From positions 42,100,001-42,164,000 of the forward strand of contig CM052817.1 of NCBI GenBank assembly GCA_028534125.1: a DNA stretch of 64,000 nucleotides, written 5' to 3'. The notes beneath the pieces are model-generated. The model worked only from the letters and a program-made list of their open reading frames with translations, had not been told where the DNA came from and did not search any database. This document shows, piece by piece, positions 36,351-50,009 of this stretch; positions within the stretch are counted from its first letter, which is position 1, and every line of letters starts with the position of its first letter. The stretch is from Lama glama. Its lineage: Eukaryota. The position numbers were made by a program, and so were the translations under genes.

Positions 36351-37919
36351 CATTGATCGATATGTCTGCCCTGGGTTAAGGTGTGTACCCTTCTTGGGAG
36401 CCCTACTTTGTTCTGAAGCACTTTTCTCTGTCCTTTCTGAATTTTTCAAAATCTATTTACTAGAAGTTCATGAAGGTAGTCTGAACTTCTTTATGCAAAA
36501 ATCTAAGCAAGCATCATAACCCAGTCTCACCTGAGAATTTGCATCGATGGTGGTTGATACTATTCTCTGGAGTATGTCTGCATTACATTGGTTCCTTCTA
36601 ATGATCAGAGGCAAGCTATTTTGAGCTTTCATCACCATTATTATTTTTTTCTTATTGAAGGACTCCTCTAATAGAGCAGATATATCTAACAAGTCCTAGG
36701 TCAATAATAAAACCAGGGTAACAACATGTCACAGTTTCTGCTGAATTTGAGGATTAAGCTAGACATCTCTGTCTGAAGATTAAAAACATTCTAATTGCTA
36801 ACAGTCCCAGAATTGGCATTATTTCATCATAACTGGGGCCAATGACGGAGGGATTCCTTGCTCCTAATTGCTGGCTCTCTGCAGGTTTGTCTAATATGGC
36901 TTAGCTGGAAGGAGAAATGGTGTTCTTACACATAGTATTTTTTATCATTTTTTCCACGCAGAAATTTGAAATGATTTCACCTGTGGTGAAACACACTTGT
37001 AACATCCTTTAATCTTTCTTGGAAAAGGTTTTCCTTATTTTATACATGGATATACACATATCAAAATACTAATCAAGCATAATTCCTAACAAAAGGAGCT
37101 TTAAAAAGGATCAATTTTTCTTTCATTTCAGTGGTGGAATTTTTCATAGCAGAGCCCAGCAACCTTGAGCCACCTTGTTTAAGAAAAATAGTCAGAATTT
37201 ACCAGTCTTATTTTTACCTATGGAAAAGAAAAGTTATTATGCATGGTAATATACCAGGGACCTCAGGCCAAGTGGGGAATTTTTCCATAGGGTTCCTGCA
37301 ACACTCTTTTCCTGTAGAAAGTCTAATTTCCCAAGTTTCCCAGAGAAGCAATCCTTCCAGACAATGTTCACCTATAGATAACAAGAGGTTTATCCCCCAG
37401 TCCCAGTGTCTGACAGTGAGGTCACAGGATGGGTAATTCCAGCAACTGCTCTAATGGGAGTTAGAGCTCCTTGATTGTAGATCTAAATTCCTCTCTGGAG
37501 CAGCTCTCAGCATCTATCTCCCAGGCATTCAGTTTCCCCTCCCAACCTTCTGTTAACGTCCTTAACATCTTTTCATGATTATACCCTGGATCTCAGACTA
37601 AACCTGGAGGCAGTTTCTTGATCCTACAGACTCCATTCTCACTCCCCTTCCCAATGTCTTCAAATTACCATTGCTGCCATCACAAAATTATTAGGTTGAA
37701 TATTAGGTAGAATATTTCAATAACCTAAACAAGAAATGAGGACCTGGACTGAGGCATAGCCATGAAAATGAGAGGTTCACCTTTGAGGGGCACCTCAGTT
37801 AACAAATAAAATAACTCGGTGATTAATCAGGGGTGATAGAAAGGGAAGAAGCTATTAAACAGAAATGGAAATCAGACTGCTCTTCCAGTTACTGGTTACT
37901 GCTGGAAAGGAAAGGGAGG

Positions 37920-37922
<3 letters not shown>

Positions 37923-37967
<45 letters not shown>
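37923..37967. repeat. (GT)n microsatellite
   Basis: Read directly. Confidence 0.95.
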
Positions 37968-37970
<3 letters not shown>

Positions 37971-38259
37971 CATGGGGAATCCATCAAAATAGCTAAGGAA
38001 AACCAAGCGAAATTTCCTAGATTAGACCATTTTTTACCTATAAAACTGTCACTTTCACTTGATTTTAACCTACAAGATTCAAGCCAAGGAGGAGTCATTT
38101 TCATTGCTGACAATCTTACTGGCATGTTTCACAACTTTCCATTTCCCATATTCCTTCTAGGTTTTTGTGTGCACAGAAAAATACTTGGTGGTAAGTCGTA
38201 CAAGCCCCCTTAGGTCTCTAAACTACCAGTAAATCTACAGATGCTTCCTTTTTAATAAT

Positions 38260-38450
38260 AATAATGCTAGATAAGTGCACTTCCACAAAGATTATATCAT
38301 ATTATCCTCACAGTAATATCCCCAGGGAAGATATTATCCTCATCGTGCATATGGAAACAGGCTCAAAGAGGTTAAACGGCTTGTCTGACGACAAATGGAA
38401 AGTAATGACCTCTAAGTCGTCTAGCCGCTAGTCTGCTGTTCTTTCCACTT
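38260..38450 (-). mobile_element. MIR SINE
   Basis: atcctcacag...attatcctcat...ggaaacaggctcaaagaggttaa. Confidence 0.6.
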
Positions 38451-39824
38451 TGTGTGCATTTCCCATCTATGAAACAGAAAAGAGGAGATTAGGTATGCTT
38501 CCCATCAGCCATGTCTAAACCAGCAGAGAAAGGCCAACAAAACAAACAAGGTCAACTTTTATTTTCTAAATTGTGATCATTTCATACAGGCTTAAAACTT
38601 ATTACGATTATCATTATTTCCACTTCTCAAAGTAATTGTATCTACAGACCTCTTGTCAGATTACAACCTGTGGAGCTTCACTGTTGGGAAGACCACTGGG
38701 CAGCCTCACAGCAAAGGAACTTTTCCTGTTCTCCTGCCCAGATTTGCCTTTCCTGGTGTTAGCCGCTTTCCTCTAGTGACTGTGCTGCCTAGAGAACATG
38801 CCCAGTGTGTTTTCTTTGTTTCATAGAAGAGGCCTGCAGAAGACTTCGGATTTTAATTTGAAAAATAAATAAATGCCCTTGAAAAAGGATGAATGTATTC
38901 CCCTAGGCCTCTTTCATTAATATGTGCCTCATGAAATGCAGAGTTCAGTAGTGAGATTCAAGGTTAGAGGCAGAAGACCACACAGACTTGGAGAAGCCTT
39001 AAAAAATAAGAGAGGAAAATGTGGTTTATTAGTTATACTAGTTACAGAATGAACAGCATATTGTATGTGCTGTGTTAGAGGTATGTTATGAATAACAAAA
39101 GCCCTGGAGCATTTACATATTTGTTTTCAGCAATCCTGGCAGTTGGATTTCACCATTCTATGCCTCTTTGCCAGAATCACTAAACACTGGTACATATGGC
39201 ATCTGAAGTACCATATGCCATAGAAAATGTTAGCTGATGCCTATACTTCTATATTATATTTTTATTTCAGATTTTTGCAGTTTGAACAAAGAATAGTAGA
39301 AAAAAACAAAATATTGGACAAGCAGTAAACAGTAAAGTGAAAAAAATGCCTTCAGAGAAAGCAAATAAAAGAGATGAATCTACCATGAGTTAACATGGCT
39401 CTATGGTAATGAATCGGATATAGGAAGTAATTGTTCTGCATGAATAAATTTAGATAGCCTGTCATTCTATTATTTTGGAGTTAAAGCCTGCAATGTGAAT
39501 AGTGAGAGTTGACATATTTTTCTTATCCTATTCTTTCTGACATTTCTTGCTAAAATCATAGTCTCCATTTGACTGAAGTTAATTAACATGAAGGCTATAG
39601 TCAGTGACATTCAAAATCCAGGTTAAAACAGAAAAATTCAAATACCAAGACTTATTTTTCAATATTCATTTAGATCTTTGACTGAGATTTTCAGCTAGCA
39701 TCTAGTTTTTGTTTTTGTTTTTGTTCATAAACACAGGAAGACTCTAAAGTTAAAAATCAGTATAATTGAATACTTAGCTCTCTTAAAACAGAGAAGCAAA
39801 CAAAAATCCCATGGCCAGCCAGAA

Positions 39825-40235
39825 ATTGTGATTTATAAGAAATACACATATTTGATCATTCAGATGACCAAAATACATTTCTCATATATATTTGGTCTTC
39901 ATTCAGAGCTCCTGGCACACAGCTCCCAAATCCCTTGGAATTTCCTGAGCAATAACAGCAATAGGAACATCTTTTGTTACACTTGGTCTCTTATCCTTAG
40001 TTCCTGAAAATGCTTCAAAGCCACAAAGGTGAAACAGGTGTTTTATTATTCATCACAAGCCCCTTTCCACCACAACTAGGTTTACATTAAAGAAGGTGAC
40101 TTTTGGCCAGGGTAACCAACCATGAATAGAGGGTTGGAAGGAACTTTCAGTGCCAGTTTCTGATCTCCAGGGAGGGAAAGGGGGCTAGAGATTGAGTCAG
40201 TCACCAATAGCCAGTGAGCTAATCAGTCATGCTCC
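39825..40235 (+). mobile_element. ERVL-type LTR (MER21-like)
   Basis: atatatttggtcttc...cctggcacacagctcc...cccttggaatttcctgag...aatagagggttggaa. Confidence 0.6.
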
Positions 40236-40359
40236 ATCAGGCCAGAACCAAAAATATCCAGCTCCCAATCTTATATAAAGAAACCAAAACTATATGAGGG
40301 CTCTTCTAAGATGTGAGCCTCCCTTGATAGAGCTCTAAATCTAAAAACATAACAAGGTA

Positions 40360-42640
40360 AATGTATGTGTTTCCTAAGGCTTCCATAACTAATTATTACA
40401 AACCCTGTGGCTTTGAACAACAGAAATGTGTTTTCTCACAGTTCTAGAGGCCAGGAGTCCAAAATCAAGGTGTAATCTCTTTCCAAAGGCTCTAAGGGAG
40501 AAAACAACTTGCCTCTTCCAACTCCTGATGGTTCTAGGCATTTCTTGGCTTATGGCTGCTTAACCTGAATCTCTGCCTTCATCTTCCCATGGCCTTCACC
40601 TCATCTTTTTATGTATCACTCTTTTGTGTGTCTCTTACAAGTACACTGTCATTGCGCTTAAAGACCATTCAGGTAAGGTAGGATAATCTCATCTTAAAAT
40701 CCAAACAATTATGTCTGCAAAGACCATTTTTTCAAATAAGATCACCCTCTCAGATTCTAGGGATTACAATGTTGTCATATCTTTTGGAGGACAACACCAT
40801 TCAACCCACTGAAGCCCACTCTCAGGCCCCCCAAAATCCACATGTGTCTCATATGTAAAGTATATTCACACTATCCTGACATCCTCCAAAATCTCAACTC
40901 ATTACAGCATCAACTCTTAAGTCCAAAATTTCATCTAAATATTATCAGCTCAAACACCCCAAATCTCATCATCTACATCAGATATGTGTTAGACTCTGGG
41001 GAAAATTTTTCTTTCTGTGGACATGTAAAACAAGAAAACAAGTTACGTGCTTCCAAAATAAAATGGTGGGAAAGGCACAGATGTTAGATACAGATAGGAC
41101 AGATATTCCCACTCCAAAAGGGAGACGTTGGAAAGAAACACAGGGGCCAATTCCAGGTAAGTTAGAAATGCATATGGGAAAATTTCATCAGGTTTTAAGG
41201 CCTGTGAATGATACTGTGTCTTAATGCTCTGCCCTCTGGGACTCCACAGGCCTCTGTATAATCTGCAGTGGCTGCACCCTTAGCATCATTACTTTTTCCT
41301 TAAAGAGTGGCATATGTTTGCCGTTGCAATTTTCTGCTTGAGTAATTTTGGAAGCCCAACAGCTTTCTCTCATTTTGTCCTGTTTGGTCCAAACTAGCAG
41401 TGTTCCTGCTGACATAACATTCTCAAAAACCTTGTGGGTCTCCCATGTATGTCACAAGGGTCCACAGCATTAGACATGAGAGCCCTCCAGAAATATTTCC
41501 TGGATAACCCCATCTCTGTTTCTGCTTTCTCCTAAGATGACTGAATGGATCCATGAGTAGCAAGCCTAATTGCTTCAGCAAAAGTTTATCCAGCCATACC
41601 CTTGACCTTCTCTCCAGAACATCCTTCCTTAACAGTGAGTCTCCTAATAGTACCATCCTCTGAAATCTGGATAGGCCAAGATTCTCCCAAGTCATCAAAT
41701 GTTGGTTCCCTTTTGCTTAACAGTTCCTTCCTTAATTTATCTCCTTCCTCCTGCATTTTACTGAGCAGAAAGAAAAAAAAACCAGGCTGCATCTTCAATA
41801 CTTTGCTTGGAAATCTCTTCAGCAACATATCCAATTTTATCATTTACAATTTCTGCTCTCTCACAACTGTAGAACACAGAGAAGCCAAGTTTTCTGCTAC
41901 TATATAACAATTCTTCCAGTTATATTTAAAATTCCTTCAGTTTCCAATAATGTGTTCCCCTTTTCCTTCTGCATGCTTACCAGAATTTCCTTTAAAATTC
42001 ATATTTCTACCAACAGTCTTCTCAAGGCAATCTAGACTTTTTTCTGTTATGTGCTCAAATTTCTTCTAGTCTCTACCCATTACCCACCTGTTATATAAAA
42101 GAGCCAGAGATTGCCTCTGTATATTGGCCTCTAGGTTGTTTACTTCTTCACAAAGACTCCACCATCAGCTCCACCAGTGTCACACTCAAACTTTCACATG
42201 CCTGGTTGTTTAAAACTTACCCCAAATAAGCAGGGTTGTAGCCATGTAAAGCCTGCCTGCTTTGCATGTCCCATAAAATTGCACACAACCTCTGCTAGCC
42301 ACAGATGAAACAAACTCTGGATCCTAAACTGCTGCTGCCCATTACAACTCTGCCTCAGAGACTCCCTTTGGGCTGCTGAGCATCACCAGCACTCCTAACA
42401 CATTTCCCTCAGGCACTCCCCTGCCCTCATCCCTTTCTGAATGGTGGCCCCTACAGCGTGGCCTCTGGACAGCCTCATGCTGTGAGGAATTTCAGCTACT
42501 ATGCAAATCTGTCAAAGGGTTGCCCAAATAAAGCCTACTTGTGTGATAAGGATAAAGTGGTGATAAGGATGGGATAGCCACTTTCGCATTTTTAGTTGTA
42601 TGTTACAGCAGCACTCCACTTCTGATACTATAATTCTGTC
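40360..42640 (-). mobile_element. MaLR element: MLT1C-like 3' LTR (40360-40812) plus MLT1 internal region, interrupted by another LTR
   Basis: Typical LTR text (aacaacagaaatgtgttttctcacagttctagaggccagg...attcaacccact), an adjacent polypurine tract on the minus strand, and internal sequence that resumes at about 42576. Confidence 0.7.
42089..42560 (+). mobile_element. Solo ERV-type LTR nested in the MLT1 internal region
   Basis: Begins with TG and has aataaagcc near its end; splits the MLT-int sequence tacccac/agccac. Confidence 0.5.
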
Positions 42641-42736
42641 TTCTTGAGAATGTCACAGAAATAAAAACAAGAATATGTAACCTTTTCAGATTAGCTTCTT
42701 TCACTTAGCTTAATACCTTTAAGAATCATCCAAGAT

Positions 42737-42913
42737 TTTTTTCTTCAGTGTTCACTTTTTTTCTTAAGGAATCTTTTTTTCGGGGGTGAGAGGGAGTAGT
42801 TAGATTGATTGATTCATTGATTCATTATTTTTTTTCAATGGAGGTACTGGGGATTGAACCCAGGACTTTCTATATGCTAAGTACACTCTCTACCACTGAG
42901 ATATACCCTCCCC
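42737..42913 (-). mobile_element. tRNA-derived SINE, Vic-1-like (camelid)
   Basis: Minus-strand ggggagggtatatctcagtggtagag...ctgggttcaatccccagtacctcc with A/B boxes and an A-rich tail. Degenerate TSD catccaagatttt/catctaagtttt. Confidence 0.8.
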
Positions 42914-43264
42914 CATCTAAGTTTTTCTATACATCAGTAGTTCATTCCTTTTTCTTCTGAGTAGTATTCCATTGTGTGTATGTATCAAAGTGATTTATCC
43001 ATTCACCCACTGAAAGACATTTTGGTTGTTCTTAGTTTTTGGTAATGGTGACTACAGCTGCTATTAATGTCACTGAATAAAATTTTGTGAATATCAGTTG
43101 TGTTTCTTTTGAGTAAAACGCTAACAATGGGATTTCTAGGTCCTAGAAATGTATTTTAACTTTATTTTTAAAAAAAATATTAAACTTTTCCAGAGTAACT
43201 GGATGATTTCACATTCCCACAGACAATATATGAGAGTTCCATTTCCTCTGTATCCTTGTCAGCT

Positions 43265-43628
43265 GCTGCAGACAAAATGTTTGCGTTCCCTCTAAAATTC
43301 GTATGTTGAGCTGGAATCCCCTATGTGATGGTATGTGGAGGTAAGGCCTTTGGGGAGTAATTAGGTCACGAGAATAGAGCTCTTAGGAATGGAATTAGTA
43401 CCCACATAAGAAGAGGCAGGATAAAAATGTTCTTTCTCTCTGCCTTGTGAGGATACAGCAAGAAGGTAGCCATCTGCGAGCCAGCAAGAGGGTTCTCATC
43501 AGAACTGGACCATGCTGGCACCCTGATCTTGGATTTCTAGGACCCAGAACTGTGAGAAATAAATTTGTGTTGTTTAAGTCACGAGGTCTTTGGTATTTTT
43601 CTTATAGCAGCCCAAGCAGACTAATGTA
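43265..43628 (+). mobile_element. Solo MaLR LTR (MLT1A-like) nested in L1
   Basis: aatgtttgcgttccc...aaattcgtatgttga...gaactgtgagaaataaatt...tatagcagccc. Confidence 0.85.
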
Positions 43629-46600
43629 TTAGTACTTGCTACTATCAGTATTTTCTTTTTTAACCAAACATTGAAAACCATTGTAGTTTTAATTTTCATC
43701 TCTGCAGTGTCTAAAGATGTAGAACATGTACGCACTTACTATCCTTATGTCCTGATGGGCGAATATTTGTTCAGACCATTTACTCATTTTTAATCAGGCT
43801 CTTTATTTTCTTGCTGTTGAGTTTTAAGAGTTCTTTTTCTATTTTGGATACAAGTCGTTCGTTAATATATGATTTGCAAATGTGTTCTCCTGGTTTGTAG
43901 CTTGTTTTTGCATTCTCTCAATAGTGGCTTGTTCACAGAGGAAAAGTTTTAAATTTTTATTAAGTCCAAGTTACTTTTTTCTTTTATCAATCATGCTTTT
44001 AGTATCATGATTAAGAACTCTTTGTCTAACCCTAGGTCATGAAGATTTACTTCTATGTTTTCTTCTCAAAGTTTTATAGTTTTAGGTTTTGCATTTAGAT
44101 CTATGATCTATTTTGCATTAATATTAATGTAGTAAGTGTGAGATTTAGTTGTCTTCTTTTGTTTTTGCATATGGATGTCCAATTGCTGCAACACAATTTA
44201 TTGAAAAACTTATTCTTTCTCTATTTAATTATTTTTGCACCTTTGCCAAAAATCAAATAGTTGCACCTGTATGGTTCTATTTCTGGACTTTCTATCCTAT
44301 TCCATTGATCTATTTGACTATTCTTTGCTAATACCAGAGTTTTGATTACTGTAGCTTTATAGTAAGTCTAGAAGTAAGGAACTATAAAGTGTCCAAATTT
44401 ATTCTTATTTTTCAACATTTTTTTAGCTATTCTATTTTCTGTCTTTCTGTATAAATTTTAGAATTGTCTATATCTACAAAATATCCCTCTGTAATTTTAA
44501 TTATAAATATGTTAAACCTTGGATTAATTTAGGAAAAACTGACAATGTTCCTATACTGAGTATTAGAAACCATGAATAAGGTATATCTATTATTTAAATG
44601 TTCTCTGATTTCTTTCATCAGCACTTTTTAGTTTTCAGTATAAAGATGCTGCAGTTTACTTAGATTTATTCATATGTATTTCCCTTTTATCAGGAACTTT
44701 TGTAATCAAAAAAAATTTTTTCAGTGACCTTGTTTAACTCACACTTTTATCCTAGGATTTTAGGATTTTACAAACAAATTCCCAGGAATCTTTTATGTTG
44801 GAAATCATGTCATCTGTAAATAGGGACAGTTTGCTTCTTTCTTTCTACACCATGCATCTTTTATTTCTTCTTCTTGCCTTATTGCAATGGCTAGAACTTC
44901 CAAGAGGATGTTCAGTAGTAATGGTAAGAGCAGACATTCTTGTCTTTTTCTCAGTCATAGAAAACATTCATTTTATCAGCAGCAAGTACAATGTTAGCTG
45001 CAGATTGTTTATAACTTGTCCTTTAATAGGTTGAAGAAGTTCTCCTCTATTCCTAAACTGCAGAGAGTTTTTATCAAGAATGGATGTTGAATTTTGTCAA
45101 ATACTATTTCAGGATCAACTGACATGATCACATGGGTTTTCTTCTTTAGGTTATTGACTTGGTTGATTAGCTTGATTAGTTTTCAAATATTGACCCAGCC
45201 TCACATTCCTTGTATAAACTCCATTTTTCTTTAGTGTCACTTTCATTTTATATATTGATGGATTCAACTTACTAATATTTTATTGGGGATTTTGTGTCTA
45301 TGTTCATGAGGAATAAAGATCTGTGCGATTATTTTACCTATATTGCCTTTGCCTGGATTTCATATCCAGTCTCATAAAATGAACTGTGAAATATTTCTTT
45401 CTCCTTTTTGGCAGAAATTATGTAGAATTGGCATTACGTCTTCTTTAAACATTTGGTAGAATTCACCAGTTAAGACACTTAAAAATGGAGATTTATTTTT
45501 CAGAAAGATTTTTTGTTTATTTTGTTTTTTACTATGAATTCAATTTCTTTAATAGTTGTAGGACTGTTCAGGTTGTCTATTTCATCTTAGATGAGTTTTG
45601 ATAGTTTGTAGTTTTTAAGGACTTGGCATTTCATCTCATCTGCTGAATTTGTCAAGTTTTCACAGTATTAGCTGAGTACTCTTTTAATGTCTACTGAGTG
45701 TCTTCCATTGCTGACATTAGAAAATTTTTCTTTTTTCTTTGTCAGTCTTCCTACAGGCTTGTCATTGAGCCAGCTGTATATTTATTAATTATATTTATTA
45801 TTTCTTTTAAAATTTGCTTTGATTTCTGTTCTTATTCTATTATGTATTTCCTTTGGCTTCTTTTGGGTTAATTTCCCCTTTTTCATCTGGTTTAAGATGG
45901 AACTTAGATAATTGATTTGAAACCTTTTTTTTTTCCTAATATCACAATCTTATAAATTTTCATCTCAGCACTACCTTAGCTACATTCCACAAATTTGCTA
46001 TGTATTTTTATGTTCCTCCATTTCAAAATATTTTCTAATTTTTCTTGAAATTTCCTATTCGATACATGAGTTACTTAGACATGTGTTGTTTAACTTGAAG
46101 TTCCTGGACAGTCTCCTGTTAACTCTCTGATATCTGTTTCTTAAGTATCTTTCTGATATCTGTTTCTTGCTTAGTGTGGTCAGAGAACATAGCTATTATT
46201 ATTCTGATTATTTTAAGTTTGCTAACTTTGTTTTATGTTCCAGGATATGATGTATCTTGGTGAGTATTCCATGTGCATGTGGAAAGAATGTATGTGCTAC
46301 TGATGCTTGGTTGAGTGTTCTATAAATAAAAATTAAACACAGCTGTTTGGTAGTGATTTTAGTTATTCTATGCCTTTGCTGATCTTTCTACTTGTTCTTC
46401 TATTACTAAAGAGGAGTTTCTGAGTCTCTAATATAATTGTATACTTGTCTAATTCTTCCTGTACTTTTGTCAGATTTTGTTTTGTGTGTTTTAAAGCACT
46501 GTCATTAGGTTCATACAGATTTAAGATTATTGTGAATGATTGAAAATTTGTCCTTTTTATTGTTACATAATGAATTTTTATCCCTGGTACTTCCTTATCT

Positions 46601-46641
46601 ATGAAATCTGTGTCTGCTATTAGTATAGCCACTATAGCTTT

Positions 46642-46696
46642 TTTTTTTTTAAACTTTTTTTATTGAGTTATAGTCATTTTACAATGTTAGGTCAAA
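46642..46696 (-). mobile_element. Extremely 5'-truncated young L1 3' end with target-site duplication
   Basis: Poly(T) plus aaactttttttattgagttatagtcattttacaatgtt, flanked by the 12-bp direct repeat cactatagcttt (46630-46641 and 46697-46708). Confidence 0.75.
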
Positions 46697-47319
46697 CACT
46701 ATAGCTTTCTAATGATTAATGTTTTCAGGAATACTTTTATTATCTTTTTACTTTTAATCTATCTACATCATTATATTTGAAATGATTGTTATATAGACAA
46801 CATAAATTTTGTTTGTTCCTAATCCATTCTGACCATCTCTTTATTTTCTTTAATGTGTTTAGACCATTTGCATTTAATGTGATTATTGATATGTTTGCAT
46901 TTAGGTCTACCATTTTATTATTTATTTTTTGTTCATTCATCTGGTTTTTGTTTCTCTGCTTTCCCTTTCCTGACTTATTTTGGTTTATTTAAACTTCTTT
47001 TTTAAATTGTCTGTCTTTTTTATTATAGCCATACTAGGTGTGTGTGAAGTGGTAGCTCATTGTGGTTTTGATTTGCATTTCCCTAGTGACTAATAATACT
47101 AAGCATCTTTTTATGTGCCTATTGGTCATTTTTCCATCTTTTTTAGAGAAATATCTATTCAATTCTTTGCTTATTCTTTATTTGGATTATTTATCTTTCT
47201 AGTCTGGGGTGCCATGGTACCAGCAGGATTCTCTTCTACTCTTTCCTCGACTACACTCAGCTGTTAAACTCTACTAACTTCTGGCCTATTGTGCCAATGT
47301 TTTCAACAGTGCCTTTGCA

Positions 47320-48500
47320 TTAGAGAAATAGAAAAAAAAATTCTAAAATTTGTATGGAACTACAAAAGACCCTGAATAGCCAAAGCAATCTTTAGAAAGA
47401 ATAAGTTGGAGGCATCACATTTCCTGATTTCAAACTATATTACAAAGCTATAATAATCAAAGCAGTACAGAATGGCATAAAAACAGACATATAGACCAGT
47501 AGAACAGAATAGAGAGTCCATAAATAAATAGGTATGCATAAACTATTAACCAACCTTTGACAAGAGTGCCAAGAACCCACAATGGAAGAGGGATAGTCTC
47601 TTCAATAAATGACATGGGGAAAACTGGATATCTCCATGCAAAAGAATGAAACTGGAAACCTATCTTACACTAGTCACAAAAATTAACTTGAAATGAATAA
47701 GCCTTAAATGTAAGGCTTGAAACCCTAAAACTCCTGGAAGAAAACAGGGAAAAAGTCTCTTGACATTGGTCTTGGCAATGATTTTTTTGATATGACACCA
47801 AAAGCACAGGCAAGAAAAGCAAAAGTAGACAAGTGGGACTACATCAAACTAAAAAGCTTCTGCACAGCAAAGGAAACAATCAACAAAATGAAAAGACAAC
47901 TTATAGAATGAGAGGAAATATTTGCAAACCATCTATTTGATAAGTGGTCAATATCCCAAGTATATAAGGAACTCCTACAACTCAATAGCAATCACCATCA
48001 TCATCATCATCACCTGATTTCAAAATGGAGAAAGGACCTAAATAGACAGGTACACAAAAAGATGCTCAATAGACAGGCACATAAAAATAGAGCCAACATC
48101 ACTAATCATCAGGAAAATGCAAATCTTAACCATAGTGAGATGTCACTTCACACCTATTATGATGGCTACTATTCAAAAGACAATAGATAACAAATGTTAG
48201 TGGAAATGTGGACAAGAAGGAACCCTTATATACTGTTGGGGGGAATGTGAGTTTAGGTAAAGCTGTTATGGAAAACAGTATGAAGGTTACTCAAAAAATT
48301 AAAAATACAACTACCATATCCAGAGGAAACAAAATCAGTATCTCAAAGACATAACTGTATTGCCAACATTCACTGCAGTATTACTCACAATAACCAAGTT
48401 ATGAAAGCAACTTAAGCGTCTGTTGATGGGTGAATGGATCGAGAAAATGTGAGATAGATAGATACATAGATATCATATATACACATATATATGTACATAT

Positions 48501-48534
<34 letters not shown>

Positions 48535-48851
48535 ATACTATTCAATCATTAAAAAGAAGGAAATCCTGCCATTTTTGTAATAGATGGAATTGGATGACAT
48601 CATGCTGATTGAAATAAACTAGACAGAGAAAGACAAATGCCATATGATCTCACTCATGTGGAATTTTAAAAAAGAAGTTGTACTCATAGAGACTGAGAAT
48701 AGAATGGTAGACTCTAGGGGATGGGGAGCTGGGGTGGGAGAAATAGGGAGAAGTTGGTCAAAGAATACAAACTTTCAGTTATAAAATGAATAAGTTTTGA
48801 AGATCTAATGTACAGCATAGTGACTATAGTTATTAATGCTCTATTGTGTAC
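47320..48851 (+). mobile_element. L1MA-like LINE: ORF2 C-terminus and 3' UTR, truncated by the gap
   Basis: tgggactacatcaaactaaaaagcttctgcacagcaaagg...tacagcatagtgactatagtta. Confidence 0.9.
48452..48534. repeat. GATA/(TA)n/(CA)n simple repeat inside the L1 3' UTR
   Basis: Read directly. Confidence 0.85.
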
Positions 48852-49351
48852 NNNNNNNNNNNNNNNNNNNNNNNNNNNNNNNNNNNNNNNNNNNNNNNNN
48901 NNNNNNNNNNNNNNNNNNNNNNNNNNNNNNNNNNNNNNNNNNNNNNNNNNNNNNNNNNNNNNNNNNNNNNNNNNNNNNNNNNNNNNNNNNNNNNNNNNNN
49001 NNNNNNNNNNNNNNNNNNNNNNNNNNNNNNNNNNNNNNNNNNNNNNNNNNNNNNNNNNNNNNNNNNNNNNNNNNNNNNNNNNNNNNNNNNNNNNNNNNNN
49101 NNNNNNNNNNNNNNNNNNNNNNNNNNNNNNNNNNNNNNNNNNNNNNNNNNNNNNNNNNNNNNNNNNNNNNNNNNNNNNNNNNNNNNNNNNNNNNNNNNNN
49201 NNNNNNNNNNNNNNNNNNNNNNNNNNNNNNNNNNNNNNNNNNNNNNNNNNNNNNNNNNNNNNNNNNNNNNNNNNNNNNNNNNNNNNNNNNNNNNNNNNNN
49301 NNNNNNNNNNNNNNNNNNNNNNNNNNNNNNNNNNNNNNNNNNNNNNNNNNN
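48852..49351. other. Assembly gap (500 N)
   Basis: Run of N. Confidence 1.
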
Positions 49352-50009
49352 ACACAATTTGACTCCTCCTGCGATAAGTTTTACAGGGACAGGCCTCTCT
49401 CCTCTCAGGGATGCCTGTGATGGTAATTTGTTCCCTGTGATCGAGGAAAGCCCCTGGCCTGTAACCCAGGCTAAGTAATAAAAGTGATATTTTGATTTCT
49501 GCCTGCTTGACTTCTATCTGTTTTCTCTTAATTAGTCCAAAATGTGGTTATGAGAAGAAGGATATTATCTATTATCCCCACCCCAGCATTGTCCTACTTT
49601 CAAATCATGGAAATAGTTTGAAGTTTCCTGATAGAATTTTTAATTTGTATATAGTTACTTACAAATGATGACAAATGTAATGACTTCTTGTCATGAATAT
49701 AGTTCCTCTTCCACAAATCTTACATTTACAGTTAGATTTGCATTTTTCTATGAAGTCAGGCATCTATTTCCACATCTTTGTTAGAACTGTGGTATACTTT
49801 TCGTCATCCTTCTATGATTTTACTTCCTCAGAAAATCCATTCTTTTGGATATTCTTAATGGGCAAAAGTTATTTTTCTTTTATTTGTTAATAATATTCAT
49901 GCTGCCTGTGGTTAACATTGCTAATTGATACTGTAAGAAATTGCCTTTTTTCAGGTATTAAAATGGACTGTTCAAGAACAAATATGTTGATAAATCTGAT
50001 AGACAGATA

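Larger units (their letters stand above)
42640..47190 (-). mobile_element. Old L1 (L1M-type), 3' UTR through ORF2, decayed, with nested insertions
   Basis: T-rich antisense L1 text. Minus-strand remnants ISIITLNANGLN and TIILNLYEPN resemble the L1 ORF2 endonuclease. Confidence 0.85.

Noticed and set aside
42840..42913. tRNA-like sequence with A/B boxes
   Set aside because: It is a SINE head with tail and TSD and a degenerate cloverleaf, not a tRNA gene.
47000..47330. Opposed L1 fragments suggesting a twin-priming inversion
   Set aside because: The antisense piece covers the same L1 region that is also present in the sense copy near 48110, so these look like independent insertions.
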